DNA of 64,000 nucleotides from Phoronis australis. Its lineage: Eukaryota; Animalia; Phoronida. Position 1 is the first letter of the stretch. Every line of letters starts with the position of its first letter. The DNA lies in assembly GCA_002633005.1 (NCBI GenBank), contig NMRA01000324.1:441891-505890 (forward strand), read 5' to 3'. The translations under genes were made by a program, and so were the position numbers. This document shows positions 12,561-25,190 of the stretch, piece after piece. Under the pieces are notes generated by a model. The model was not told where the DNA came from. It was given only the letters and a program-made list of their open reading frames with translations, and searched no databases.

Positions 12561-14102
12561 GTGACTTCTACTCACCCACTGTTTATCAGTTTGACACACA
12601 CAATTTGCACATTTTTCGCCTCAAATTTTGTCACGCCGTTACCCCCATGTTTCGATGCTGAGCGCCGTCTGCAGGTATATTTAAAAACAAAATACTGAAG
12701 AAAATGTCATACAACTACGGAACAATCCCAGTGCAGTTGGCTCCAACAGGCTACTGCTGGGTAAATGTATCTCAGCTTTGAGGGTTAGGCATGTCTGGCA
12801 GGGTCAACCAACCACTCTGTTTTTCTGCCAGTGTTAATTTCTGATGCATGGGGGTTACGAAGAATATTTTACTACCGATTTTATGCAGTTACATCTTGGG
12901 TTGACTTATCTCAATTTTGGGACCTCATAATTTATACCCCACCACTGAAAGTGTCTTCCACAAAACTGTTCCGCGGCGTTGAGATTTGATGGATGTTATA
13001 CATGTACACTTGGTTTCAACAGGTTACTTGATGGGTTGAGCAAGCTCGGGCCTGTCTGGCGAAGGTTATCCACCAATGGATTTGGTTGCAGTATACATTC
13101 GTGATATCTTGGTTTATGATGGTTAATTTTTAGCCAATTTCATGCGGTTATCTCTTGGATAGATATAGCTAAATGCTGTGGCCAAATTATTCTTTTTTCT
13201 GGCCCAGGTAACCCACCACTGAAATTGTCCGGTCCTAGGTAGTATTGATACAGTAAATTTAATAGTAGCTGTCGCATGTCATTTGAAAAAAGATGGATAC
13301 AAAAATATTTTTATTAACAGCTTTGGGCACTTTTAATAACCTAATACTCAACTTTTGATGTATAGTGTAGCAAAACTAAAGTTAGTTTGGAAACCCAAAG
13401 TTGTGTTCTTTGATTATATTTGATCAATCTTTAAGTTATATGGCTTGACCGCTCACCAGCTCAGTGATTGACAAGTGGGGCGGAGCTTGTACAATGACAC
13501 GTGCTCTAAACAAGTCCTGTCAACAAATATTGCATAACCCGGAAATCGAGAGTTCTGTACATGCTTACCAGACAACGAATCGATCTATAATAATTTTTAT
13601 ATAAGATAATGTGGACGTTATAGGTGAAATGGAGAATTCCTCTTCGAGCCCGTGGCTGCTTGTTCGTTTGCAAAAATGCAAGTTGAATACGATAAGAAGT
13701 ACCAAAATCCTCCTTGGACACGCAAAAAATCTATTCCAATCCTTAACAAATCTGGATGTGCTCTCAACTTGAGGAGTAGGTTCCGAAATCGAGCGTGTGA
13801 AACAGATGTCGGAAACCTGAGGTTTTCTTGCGAGAGGAAAGTGATGGTCGCCGTACGAGGTGTAGCAGGATGCGATGGGGGTGCACACGCAGTCAAGATC
13901 AACCATGCGCGCGAGGCGCGGACTACTACGTAGAATCACGTTGGTAAGTGTTTCGAGAGAAACCGTGCTTCTGTACTGGGATTGAGTGCCGTTGGTGGTG
14001 GGAATAACGAGGATGCCAAACTCAGAGGCATTTTGAATATTTCTCCGGCCAGTCTATGTACCTTAAACAATTAGAGAAATAACTGGGTGTTCAACATATC
14101 CA

Positions 14103-15567
14103 AACTAGAAAGATTATTGTCACGGCATGACAATAACGGAGTATGAGCGTGCGTATTATTGGAATTAATATGGGAAGTTACTGACAGCAAACCGTTCACC
14201 AATATAAAAAGGAATTTTTTAAAATTGTAGGAGAAATTACATATTATTTTTTTGATAACCTTTCCACTAATTGAGCCCCGATGAGGGAGTTATTGTTAAC
14301 TCGATCAAAAGTGTGGTTAATGCTACAAATCACATATGTTTTACTTTAAGCACTTCAGAATACAAGGTAAATGAATTGGTCTAACTTTCAGAAGAAAAAT
14401 GCACCTAATGACCCCATGGGTGCACCAAATGACCTGAAAATTTAGAATTCAAACTCAATCGCATATATGTAATTTTAAAGTATCTAGCTCAAAATTTTAG
14501 CTTGCACTCAATGACCTTTGACCTATTTTTTCTGATTGGTTAGGCCTATTTCGAAGTAAAGTAGGATATTCAATTGGCATGTTGACTTACAACAGTGTTC
14601 TGAAATTGAAAAGAATTCTTTGAAAAACGTAAGAGATATAACATTTTGAACGTTACATGACCTTTGCACTAATTCACCCTATCCGGTGCATTATAAGCGT
14701 ATCGAGGAGAATCATTGCAAAGTCCATGAAATTGTGTTTAATGCTGAGAATCACAGTTTTCTAACAGTCGACACATCAGAATACTTCATGAATGAAAAGA
14801 TCAAATTTTGAGAAGAAAAATGTACCTAATGACCTCATGTTTGCACTAAATGACCTGAATCTTTGGATTCTAAATTGAATTACCTCTGCCAATCAGACAT
14901 GTGAATTTGAAGAGTCTAGCTCAAAATTTTAGTTTGCACTCAATGACCTTTGACCTATTTTTCTGATTGGTTAGGCATATTGTGAAGTAAAGTAGGGTAT
15001 TCAATTGGCATGTTGACTTACACCAGTGTTCTGAAATTGAAAAGAATTCCTTGAAAAATGTAAGAGTTATAACATTTTCAAAGGTTATATGACCTTTGTA
15101 CTAATTCACCATATCCGGCACATTATAAGAAAAAAGCACCTAATGACCCAATGTTTGCACTAAGTGACCTGAAACTTTGGATTCCAAATTGAATTTCCTG
15201 TGTCAAGCAGACCTGTGAATTTGAAGTGTCTAGCTCAAAATTTTAGTTTGCACCTAATGACCTTTGACCTGTTAAAGCTAATTGGATGGCCCGATTACTT
15301 AGAAAAGTGATTTTTGAAATTGCCTTATTGACATATACCAGTGTACCGACTTTGAAAAGAATAACTTTGAAAATGAAGAAAGAGTAACATTTTGAAAATT
15401 GCATGACCTTTGCACCAAATTGCCTGTTGCGGTGCATTATCGAATATGATTATATAACGAGTAAAAATTTATGTACCGTCAAAAGTCATATGCTGCATTT
15501 AAAGACTGTACCTGAACCCAATTTGGAGTTATTAAGCCTCAAATTGGTCGGAAGAAGAATAAGAAGA
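14103..15567 (-). mobile_element. Helentron-associated non-autonomous element (HINE-type), copy A
   Basis: Minus-strand 3' hairpin TTATTGTCA..TGACAATAA followed by CTAG|TT; internal ~430-bp tandem units with TGACCTTTGACCT; AAGAAGAAT microsatellite. Confidence 0.7.
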
Positions 15568-17240
15568 ACTAGAAAGATTATTGTCAGGGCGTGACAATAA
15601 TGGACTCTGCGAGTGGGTATTAAAGGTACTGTTATCGGAAGTTACTAACAGCAACCCGTTTACCAATACGAAAAAGAATTCTTTAAATTGTAGGAGAAAT
15701 TGCATGTTAATATTTTGATGTCATTTCCACTAATTGACCTCTTTCGGTTCATTATGAGGGAATAATTGTAAACTCTATTAGAATATGGTTAATGCTAAGA
15801 ATCACAGATGTTTTACTTGAAGCACTTCAGAATATAAGATGAATGAATTGGTCAAACTTTCATATGAAAAACGTATCTAATGACCACATGGGTGCACCAA
15901 GTGATTGATAATTTAGAATTCAAACTCAATGGCATTTACTAAACAGATATGTAATTTTGAAGTCTCTAGCTTAAAATTTTAGTTTGTACTCAATGACCTT
16001 TGACCTTTTTCTGATTGGTTAGGCCTATTGCGTAGTAAAGTAGGGTGTTCAATTGGCATTCTGACTTACGCCAGTGTGCTGAACTTGAAAGAATTCCTTT
16101 AAGAATGTAGGGGATTTGTCATTTTAAACGTTAAATGACCTTTGCACTAATTGACCCTTTCCGGTGCTTTAGGATCGTCTTTAGGAGAATTATTGCAAAG
16201 CCGTGAAAAGTGTGTTTAATGCTGAGTATCAATGCTGTCTAACGGTTCACACATCGGAATACTTGGTGATTTAAAAGGACAAATTGTCAAAAGACAAATG
16301 CACCTAGTGACTCCATGGTTACACTAAATGACCTGAAACTTTGTATTTCGATTTGTATTAGACGTGACAATCAGACTTGTGAATTTGAAGTGTTTAGCTT
16401 AAAATTTTAGTTTGCACTCAATGACCTTTGACCTTTTTTTCTGATTGGTTAGGCCTATTGCGTAGTAAAATAGGGTGTTCAATTGGCATTCTGATTTACA
16501 CCAGTGTGCTGAACTTGAAAGAATTGCTTTGAAAATGTACGGGATTTGTCATTTTAAACGTTAGATGACCTTTGCACTAATTGACCCTTCCCGGTGCTTT
16601 ATGATCGTCTTTAGGAGAATTATTGCAAAGCCGTGAAAAGTGTTTTAATGCTGAAAATCACAGCTGTCTAACGGTTCACACATCGGAATACTTGGTGAAT
16701 GAAAATGACAAAGAAGAAAAAATACACCTAATGACCCCATCGTTGCACAAAATGACCTGAAACTTTGTATTTCGAATTGAATTGGACGTAACAATCAGAC
16801 CTGTGATATTGAAGTGTCTACCTCAAATTTTTATTTTGCACCTAATGACCTTTGACCTATTTCACCTGATTGGATGACCCGATTACTTAGACAAATATTT
16901 TTTAAATTGCCTTATTGACTTATACCTGTGTACCGAATTTAAAAAGAATAGATTTTGAAATAAGGAAGGAGTAGCATTTTGAAATTTACATAACCTTTGT
17001 ACCAAATGACCTTTTCCTGTGCATTATTGAATATGAATACATAACGACTCAAAATTTATATACTGCCTAAAATCCTATGTTAAATTTGAAGAACATACCC
17101 GCAACCGTTTTGGAGTTATTAAGTGTCAAAGTTGGTCGGAAGAAGAATAAGAAGAATATGAAGAATAAGAATAAGAATAAGAACAAAATTGAAGAAAACC
17201 CAGGAACAACAGTACTATGCGCTTACACGCGCAGAGTTAT
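15568..17240 (-). mobile_element. Helentron-associated non-autonomous element (HINE-type), copy B
   Basis: Same 3' hairpin and CTAG; subterminal inverted ACTCTGCG/CGCAGAGT; three ~425-bp units (TGACCTTTGACC near 15993, 16421, 16846); (AAGAAT)n at 17140-17185. Confidence 0.75.
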
Positions 17241-18339
17241 TTATCTAATACATCCTTTGAACGTAGTCGTGAATGAAAACTCGTGATACTACTTCACGAC
17301 TAGAAAGCAAGTTAAGAAACTTTGGAAACTTTTTGAGAATCTCACCAATATTGCACTTGGCAGATTCAATGTGAAGGGGTAATGCCAAAGAGCTCTATGC
17401 GCTACTACACTGACTAGAGAATCTTAATGAACCACAAAACATTCTGAGATGCATGGCTGGTTGGCAATTCGTGTAATGCATTACCCATGTTACAGCAGAC
17501 GATAGATCAACGCTAAGCACCACCCAGTTGTTAGTCTTGTTGTGATTCACGATATCACAAAATCAATCAAATTACGCTGCATACAAACAGGTTTGCCATA
17601 TGTTGAAACATGAAGTAAATATCATCTTAATTTCTATTATATCAACAAAATTTGGAACATCACGACCTCGCACTCTGAACGAATGTTGACCCCAAGTGGC
17701 AAGCGATACGCGCTTGGGTTTAAAACCGGTTTTCTTGGCTCGCAATTTCACGGTTGTGACAAGAGTTTCGGTCGTTTATTTTTTAGCAAACGCGTTCGTC
17801 TATTTTCACGAATTATGCAAATTTAAAATTCACCGTTACAGAAGTAAAATCGTGGGCAAGAACTTTTTGACACAGAAACTAAAATTTTACTGATTTGAGA
17901 GAAATTGACTATTTGACCGAAGGAGGAGTGGTTGCCACAACTCACATGCAAAAATACCACGAAATCGAAACCATCATGATTTTATGCTGGGCAACTAGAA
18001 GACTACCCTAGGAAACGATTGATAATCATGTCAGTTGATTTGAAAGAAAATGGAAACAATTTTTTTAACTAAAAAAAATGTTAAATAACAAATACAAACT
18101 TTTTCTCACTTTTAGAGTCAAGTCTAACTAGTTGTAAACTTTTTGACTTGTTTTAGACTGGAACATGCAGATTTAATCTGTGTATACACCTCCCTTAACT
18201 GGCTACCAGAAATATTGATCTAACTCAATGTTTAGTGTCATTCTCATGGCCCTCCTGACCGCACGCACCAGAGCAAACCAGTAAAATGACCATTTCCTAG
18301 AAATGGGGTATCCATGGATTGCAGTGGTGTCAAAAGAAA

Positions 18340-18550
18340 TTGATTACCTTTTTGTTGCGTACTTAGTCACACAATAACAGGATGTTTGTAGGTTGTTATT
18401 GTTCATGAGTTCAGTTGTTTAATTGGTATTATGTCATGCGATTCCTAGTATAGGAAGTGTGTCATAGGTAACCCATCATATGTTGTTATGTAGTTGTGTG
18501 TATATATCGTGCTGTGATATGTAGAATAAATCAGTTCAGTGTTCAGTTCA
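18340..18550 (+). repeat. Probable 3' tail of a LINE/SINE
   Basis: TG-rich tract ending AATAAA followed by (TTCAG)n-like repeats; 5' boundary uncertain. Confidence 0.4.
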
Positions 18551-18779
18551 ATTTTGTTCGTTTCACTGCGTAGTTCATGGAGTGTCTGCTTTATTTGACA
18601 AAGTAAGATACACAACACTTATCATGCCCAAAAACGTCTGGGAGCCTGTGGCGGGTTGCACGAAACAGTCCCAAATAGGCACTCAACTGAGGTCCCTAGG
18701 TGTTTTTTTGCGTATTTGTTGCTTTATGAACAACTTTATGATGAGCTTCTCTTTTATTAATGACGTTTTCTAATAATAT

Positions 18780-21700
18780 AACTTAAACACTTAGCCTAGA
18801 GTTCATTAGGATCAAATATGGACTCAGTCCTTAATTTGGGTGTGTTGCTTGAAAACACCCCTAATTGTTTTCGATAATATTGACAATTCAACGTAAAGTT
18901 CACTGTCGATTTGTATCAAAGTCAAAAGTTGATTTAGCAATAAAACTAAAACTAAAACAATAAAGAAAAGGCAATCGATGTTTTTTCGATTTCAAAAATA
19001 CGCAGAAGAGTTAGGGAACTCAGCGTACTCCATATTTGGGAGCATTTCATGCATCGGGGCATTAGTCTGAGAAAGGGTTGCCAGACCCGAGGTTGCACAG
19101 GGTTGCTCGAGAGGGTTTCAGGCAGGTAAAGCATACATTTTCTTCCAACCTAAACTATTTCCTAGCTCTAATTTCCTATTTACACTCTGACTTAGGTTTC
19201 TTAACGTAATTAAAGACTGAACAAATATGTCTACAGTCCTTCAAATCTTTCCGTAAGTGAGTAATTGCTAAAGGCGTGCACGGAGAGTAGTCATTAACAC
19301 TTTTAAATTTACTTTGAAATAGACTTTTTTGAAACCTTCTTAGAACAGAAACAGCACCATTATATTCTACAAAGCTGGTTTTCTCATCGAACCTTTCATA
19401 TTGTTTAGACTAGCAAAATCACCATCATCAAAAACTCCTGTGCCTCCGATCGCCAAGTTACTATTAAACCACAAATGTTGATTCAAAAAGTCCTCTTTAC
19501 TCGAAACAATTATTTTATTGTAGAAAGATAACATACTTCCAAATACGTCGCGCCAGTAGGAATTACCAATTAGAATGAACTTCGATTTAATAAAGTCATC
19601 TCCAAATGAAGCAAAGTTCTTTAAGAACGGGAAAAGTGTGTACAGTTATTCACCACTTTTAAACGCACCGCTTTCAAGATATCTACGGGCCATAGCCAGT
19701 TTTAAAGCTTTGTTGAAAGTATGGATATTAACCATTTGAATTCCCCCTTGATCAAGTCCTAAACAGGCAGTAGTTCGTTTAATTTTATCATTACGGACCT
19801 ACCATACAAATCTAAAAATGTCGTATTATTCAATTCACTCAAGACTTTCACTGGTGAATTTGGTAAACTTGACGACAAAAAATTTCGTCGACTCCAACTT
19901 TTTAGTAAATACTTGATCTCAGTTATTCTTGCAGTGAAGTTCTTTTGCGTCATACTATCCAATTGAGTGTCAAAATCCACCCCCAAAAACCTAAATATTT
20001 TTTTGTCCAAGACAGACTTTCTTTTGTAGAAATCACGTCATCCCTACCGGTTTTACTTCCAAACCATATGGCTTTTGTTTAGCCACATTCTCTTGGAGAC
20101 CGGAGACACCAGCAAACAAATGTAGTACATTCAGTGTGGTAGAGAATGACAAATTCGACCCATCCAACGTAATCGATGTGTCGTCCGCATATTGCGAAAT
20201 CAAATATTCCTTATTCCCACCAACTACACCAGCAATATTTTATTATTCTTGATTAAATAAGCCAAAATCTCCGCGCACAATATAAGAATGTAGGGAGACA
20301 AAGGGTCACCTTGTCTGCAGCCACGCGAAATATTCAACCAAGAAGATGGGTGACCATTTACGACAACACAGGACTTAATATTACTGTAAAAGACTTTCAC
20401 CCACCTTCTGATCGACCAACCAAAATTAAGGAAAGATAGAATTTTTTTAATAAAATTCCACGACAATGAATCAAATGCTTTCTCAAAATCAATCAATAAA
20501 TGGTTTGTTAGTTGTCTGGGCATAAAACATTAAATCATATAGCACTCTGATATTTTCGTTCATATTTCTTCCAGAAACAAAACCTGTCTGGTCCTTACTG
20601 ATTACTTTTCCCAAAACGGATTTTATCCGTTCAGCCACTGCCGAAGAAGCCAATTTATATGTCACATTGAGTAAAGATATGGGTCTTCAGTTTTTAAATA
20701 ATGTTTACTTTTATCTGCTCCATTAGGGGTGCAGGTGATCAATCCCTTTCTCTGTGTTGAGGATAACTGGCCAAAAGCAAAACCAGTATTAAGTGAGCGA
20801 ACAACGAAATGTCCAATGTCAGCCCAAAAAAATTCAAAAATTCCACTGAAAAACCATCAGAGCCTGGGCTTTTGTTGTTTTTGATTTTTTTTCAATCATT
20901 GTATGACTTCTTCATATGTAAGGAGACCTTTTAATTTTTCTTTTTCTGTCTCATTAAGCTTGGTGACACAAATATTATCAAGAAGAGTTTTTCAAGAAGT
21001 ATTGTTAGACTGTCTATATTTGTATAGATTTTCATAAAAAGCTTTGGTTTCCTGAATAACCTCTTCTTCATTATTGGTCTTAGTATTGTCAGATTTCCAC
21101 AAAAAAGGCATGAACTTACTTGTGTAATGCCTATTTTCCAAGTGAAGAAAATATTTGGAAGGCTTTTCACCTTCTTTAATCCATCTTGCACTCGACCTCG
21201 TCATAAAACCTCTTAACTTGGTTTGCCTTAGCTCGGCAAGTAAATTATTTTTGTTCCAGTAGTTCCCTGTCAAGGCTTAGACTTTTTTCAAACAAGCTTA
21301 TTTCTTTGATAAGTTGCTGTTCAACTGTATTGCTTTTTCTTTTTTAGTAAGTAACAATGGAAATTGTTTTGCCGCGAATCTCCATCAACAACGTCTCTAG
21401 AAAAAGTTGTTCATTTCTAGTCAGTTGTAAATCTGAATTACTGGTACTATCAACTGTCTGAATGTCGTCAGTCATATAGTGTTGTTTAAATAATTTAATA
21501 GTATTCTTGACTGCAGCAATATACTCAGAGTTTTTAGGAGAGAATTATTAAACTTCCAAAATTATTTTCTCCTCCTGGAAACATCACTCTAAAAAAAAAA
21601 ACCGCTACCATTGAATGATCGGACCGGTAACCGAATTCTATTATGGAGTCGTCAATATCAGCTAAAAGATTTTCGGAAATTAGAAAAAAAAATCTAATCT

Positions 21701-22260
21701 GGATCGTTTACTACCAGCTCTCCAAGTATAATCTTTACTACTGGGGTTTAGTTCGCGCCACACATCAACAATAGACAATTCTGTACAAATGTCCATCGAC
21801 TTGATCCGTGACTTCGGGTTATTAACCTGTCGATAATTAAGCGTGTCCTTAGACTGATCGAGAGCAAACTTAAAATCGCCTGCACATATAACAGAGTTTT
21901 ATATTCTTTCAAAAAATTACGGCGAGTCGCTATTTGGACAATACGTATTAATTGACGTAATTCTTGTCTCATTAATAGTAATATCCAAAATTAATTTATT
22001 ACCATTTTAGTCTTGCCTAATTTTATGTAATTTATACACTTAAAGAGGATCGCCACTCCACGGGAGTTTGAGGTATTTGAATTGTAAAAACGTTCATATC
22101 GCCACATAGATCTAATATTGTTTTCTTCTCTCTTGATAAAGTGTATGTCCTGTAGGCAATAAATGGAGTATTGTTTTTCTCCTAAATAATATTTTCGTTT
22201 TTCATTGAGACCAAGCCCTCTGCAGTTCAATGACGTTACTTTAAGTTCAATTGTCATCAT
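18780..22260 (-). pseudogene. LINE ORF2 (APE endonuclease + reverse transcriptase) pseudogene
   Basis: ORF-track pieces 21991-22278, 20992-21273, 20224-20523 and 19759-20010 lie in the expected order; 3' limit approximate. Confidence 0.85.
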
Positions 22261-23597
22261 TACAACGGTTATGCACATATATCAAATGACAATCAAATAA
22301 TAATGGTACAATCCTGACCCATTGACATCACATACACATAGAACAAACCAAAAACCATACAAACACATCCACGAGCACATCATAGATTTCTCAGAGTACA
22401 ACATCGATATGAAATATGATGTAACATAGGATAGAAAACAGATGAAACTGATCCTCATGGTAAGGCTTATTCTCCCAGTATTTTTCATAATGAGACTATA
22501 ATAAAAACATTCAGTTTAGAAACATTACCCACACGGTCTCATACAAAAAACAAGTAAGGTGAAATTTAAGGACAACTATATTTCGGTTAGGTGATTTGGC
22601 ACTATAGTATGCGTTTGAGACTTGTCGGGACGCCCGCACTGGGCAAACAGATCACACACATAAAATAATAAGGTTGCCCGCACTCTGTGGCTATACGCAA
22701 TATACAGAGCCCTCTCATAAATAGCCTCCCAGATAGATTGACCAGCATGAAGCTATGTGAAGCTTAGACCAAAATAGAACAAAATAGAACACAGCTACAA
22801 CAATAAAACTACGCCACACGGTTGTCACGAACTTTGACAAAGCCTGAGTAACAGGTATATGTTAGCTCTGAAAACGGTACGTTGGGCACAACAGTTAACG
22901 TGAAGAAAAAAGGCTAATCGTATACACAATAATGGCTACCGTAAGTACGGAGAATACGTTTGTACTGAGGTCTCTCTACAGGGTTCCAAGTACCTGACAA
23001 TTATGGTACGCTACACTTGTAGTTTATTAATTGCACATGGAGTACAGGAGCACTTAAATGTTAAATGGATAATGTGAAGCATTGGAGTTACCGTAAAACT
23101 CAATCAACTTAACGGAGAAAGGAAATTCAGCCGACTTTCATGCAGACTATAGTACAAACATGAGTATGCTTACCAAAAGCTGAATACAAGACGTTGGAAA
23201 CAATTGCACTACTATATTACATTCTGCCTTGTGTGTATAATGTTGAGCTGAGAGAATTAGATGCCCTGTAAATCTTTCATGCTGCTCACCGGTTTAAATT
23301 CATTGGCCCAGTTCTTGTGATAAATTCTTCCATCATATGTCCAGCAAGTCTGAATCCGGGCGCCCAGGTCTCTACAAGCCTTGCACAACTGTGCTCGTCT
23401 TTGGTCAGATTCTCGTTAACGTAGATATTTCCAGCTTTTCTTTTTATTTCTCATGAATTCAGTTCGCGCATTGTAATTCGTAAATTTAACTATAATTGAC
23501 CTCGTCTTGGCATTACCTTGGATTTTTTTTACCTATGTCAGATTTTTCAACAGTAGCACCAATTCGTTTTGCTAGACCAATAACAATGTCGTCTGTG

Positions 23598-25190
23598 AAA
23601 ATGGTGAAAAACCAACAAGGTATTTTAGTAATTTAGAAAAACGTAATTTTGTTAATAAAAATATCTCAAGTTTAATAGACGACAATGGTACATTGATCTG
23701 TAGTCAAAAGGGAATTCTGGAAGAAATAAAAAATTTTTACTCCAATCTTTATGCCTCAAAAGATCACCACTTTTCCCAATATGATTTAGATGTAATTTTA
23801 GAAAACACTGATTCACCAAAACTTGAAGATAATATAAGAGATTCATTGGAAGGAAATATTACTTATGATGAAATTCTACTTGTTCTCAAAAAGATGAAAA
23901 ATAATAAGACCCCTGGTCCCGACGGTTTTACAGTGGAATTTTACAAATTTTTCTGGTCAGATTTGGGAGATGATTTAGTAGCAGCTTTTAATTGTATGTT
24001 TTCACAGAATTCCCTACCATCCGCTGTAAAACAAGGTGTGATCCAAATTATTCCAAAAGCTAACAAACCTAGAGAACTACTCAAAAACTGGAGGCCAATT
24101 TCATTGCTCAATATAAATTATAAATTAATTTCAGCATGTATTGCTGAACGTGTTAAGTCTGTCTTAAATTGCTTGATCCACGAAAACCAAAAAGGTTTTA
24201 TTGTTGGTAGATTTATTGGCGAAAATATTCGNNNNNNNNNNNNNNNNNNNNNNNNNNNNNNNNNNNNNNNNNNNNNNNNNNNNNNNNNNNNNNNNNNNNN
24301 NNNNNNNNNNNNNNNNNNNNNNNNNNNNNNNNNNNNNNNNNNNNNNNNNNNNNNNNNNNNNNNNNNNNNNNNNNNNNNNNNNNNNNNNNNNNNNNNNNNN
24401 NNNNNNNNNNNNNNNNNNNNNNNNNNNNNNNNNNNNNNNNNNNNNNNNNNNNNNNNNNNNNNNNNNNNNNNNNNNNNNNNNNNNNNNNNNNNNNNNNNNN
24501 NNNNNNNNNNNNNNNNNNNNNNNNNNNNNNNNNNNNNNNNNNNNNNNNNNNNNNNNNNNNNNNNNNNNNNNNNNNNNNNNNNNNNNNNNNNNNNNNNNNN
24601 NNNNNNNNNNNNNNNNNNNNNNNNNNNNNNNNNNNNNNNTACTGGCAATGTGATGTTGTTCAAAAATTTTGGAACAATGTTGAAGGTTGGGTTAGAAACA
24701 AAACTAATATTTCCCTTGGTACAAATGTGCTTACAGTTTTCTTTGGAAACAGATGTAGAAGCCAGCCAATTCAAAATTTAATCTTGTGTCTCAGCAAGTT
24801 CCATTTATATAAGCAACGTCTGAAGGGTAAACCTCCAAATTTAATTGTATTAACAAAAGAAATTAACAGTTATTACTCCAGTGAAAAACATATTTATTCA
24901 AAAAATTTACAAATGGAAAAATTTACAAATAGGTGGTCACAAATGCATAATTTGATAGCAATGTAAGGATATTTTATCATTCCAAAATACTCTCCCCCCT
25001 CCTTTTTTTTCAGAGCCATATACTACTATATTGTCTTGTATGTTTTTGTTTTCTTTTGTTAAATATATTTCAAAATCCGGTTCACGTATATTTTTAACTT
25101 AGCAAACTTTATTTTCATTGAGTTGTAAAGTAAGGCAAGGGAATCCCAGACCTTACTTATGTTGAACTGGGAGAATAAAAAATAAAAAAA
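23598..25190 (+). mobile_element. 5'-truncated L1/Tx1-clade LINE with A-rich tail and 13-bp TSD
   Basis: TSD AATGTCGTCTGTG at 23585-23597 and 25191-25203. Open frame with KTPGPDGFTVEFYKFFW, KNWRPISLLN and QKGFIVGRFIGENI; C-terminus ends at 24966; tail AATAAAAAATAAAAAAA. Confidence 0.93.
24232..24639. other. Assembly gap (N run)
   Basis: Run of n. Confidence 1.

Noticed and set aside
12560-12720. 5' LTR/PBS of the Gypsy relic
   Set aside because: No paired LTR or convincing tRNA primer-binding site was found.
13506-13939. Cluster of overlapping ORFs in a GC-richer patch
   Set aside because: No recognisable domain or consistent splice structure.
24118-24781. Long ORFs spanning N runs (also 59134-59670)
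   Set aside because: Their length is an artefact of translating through assembly gaps.
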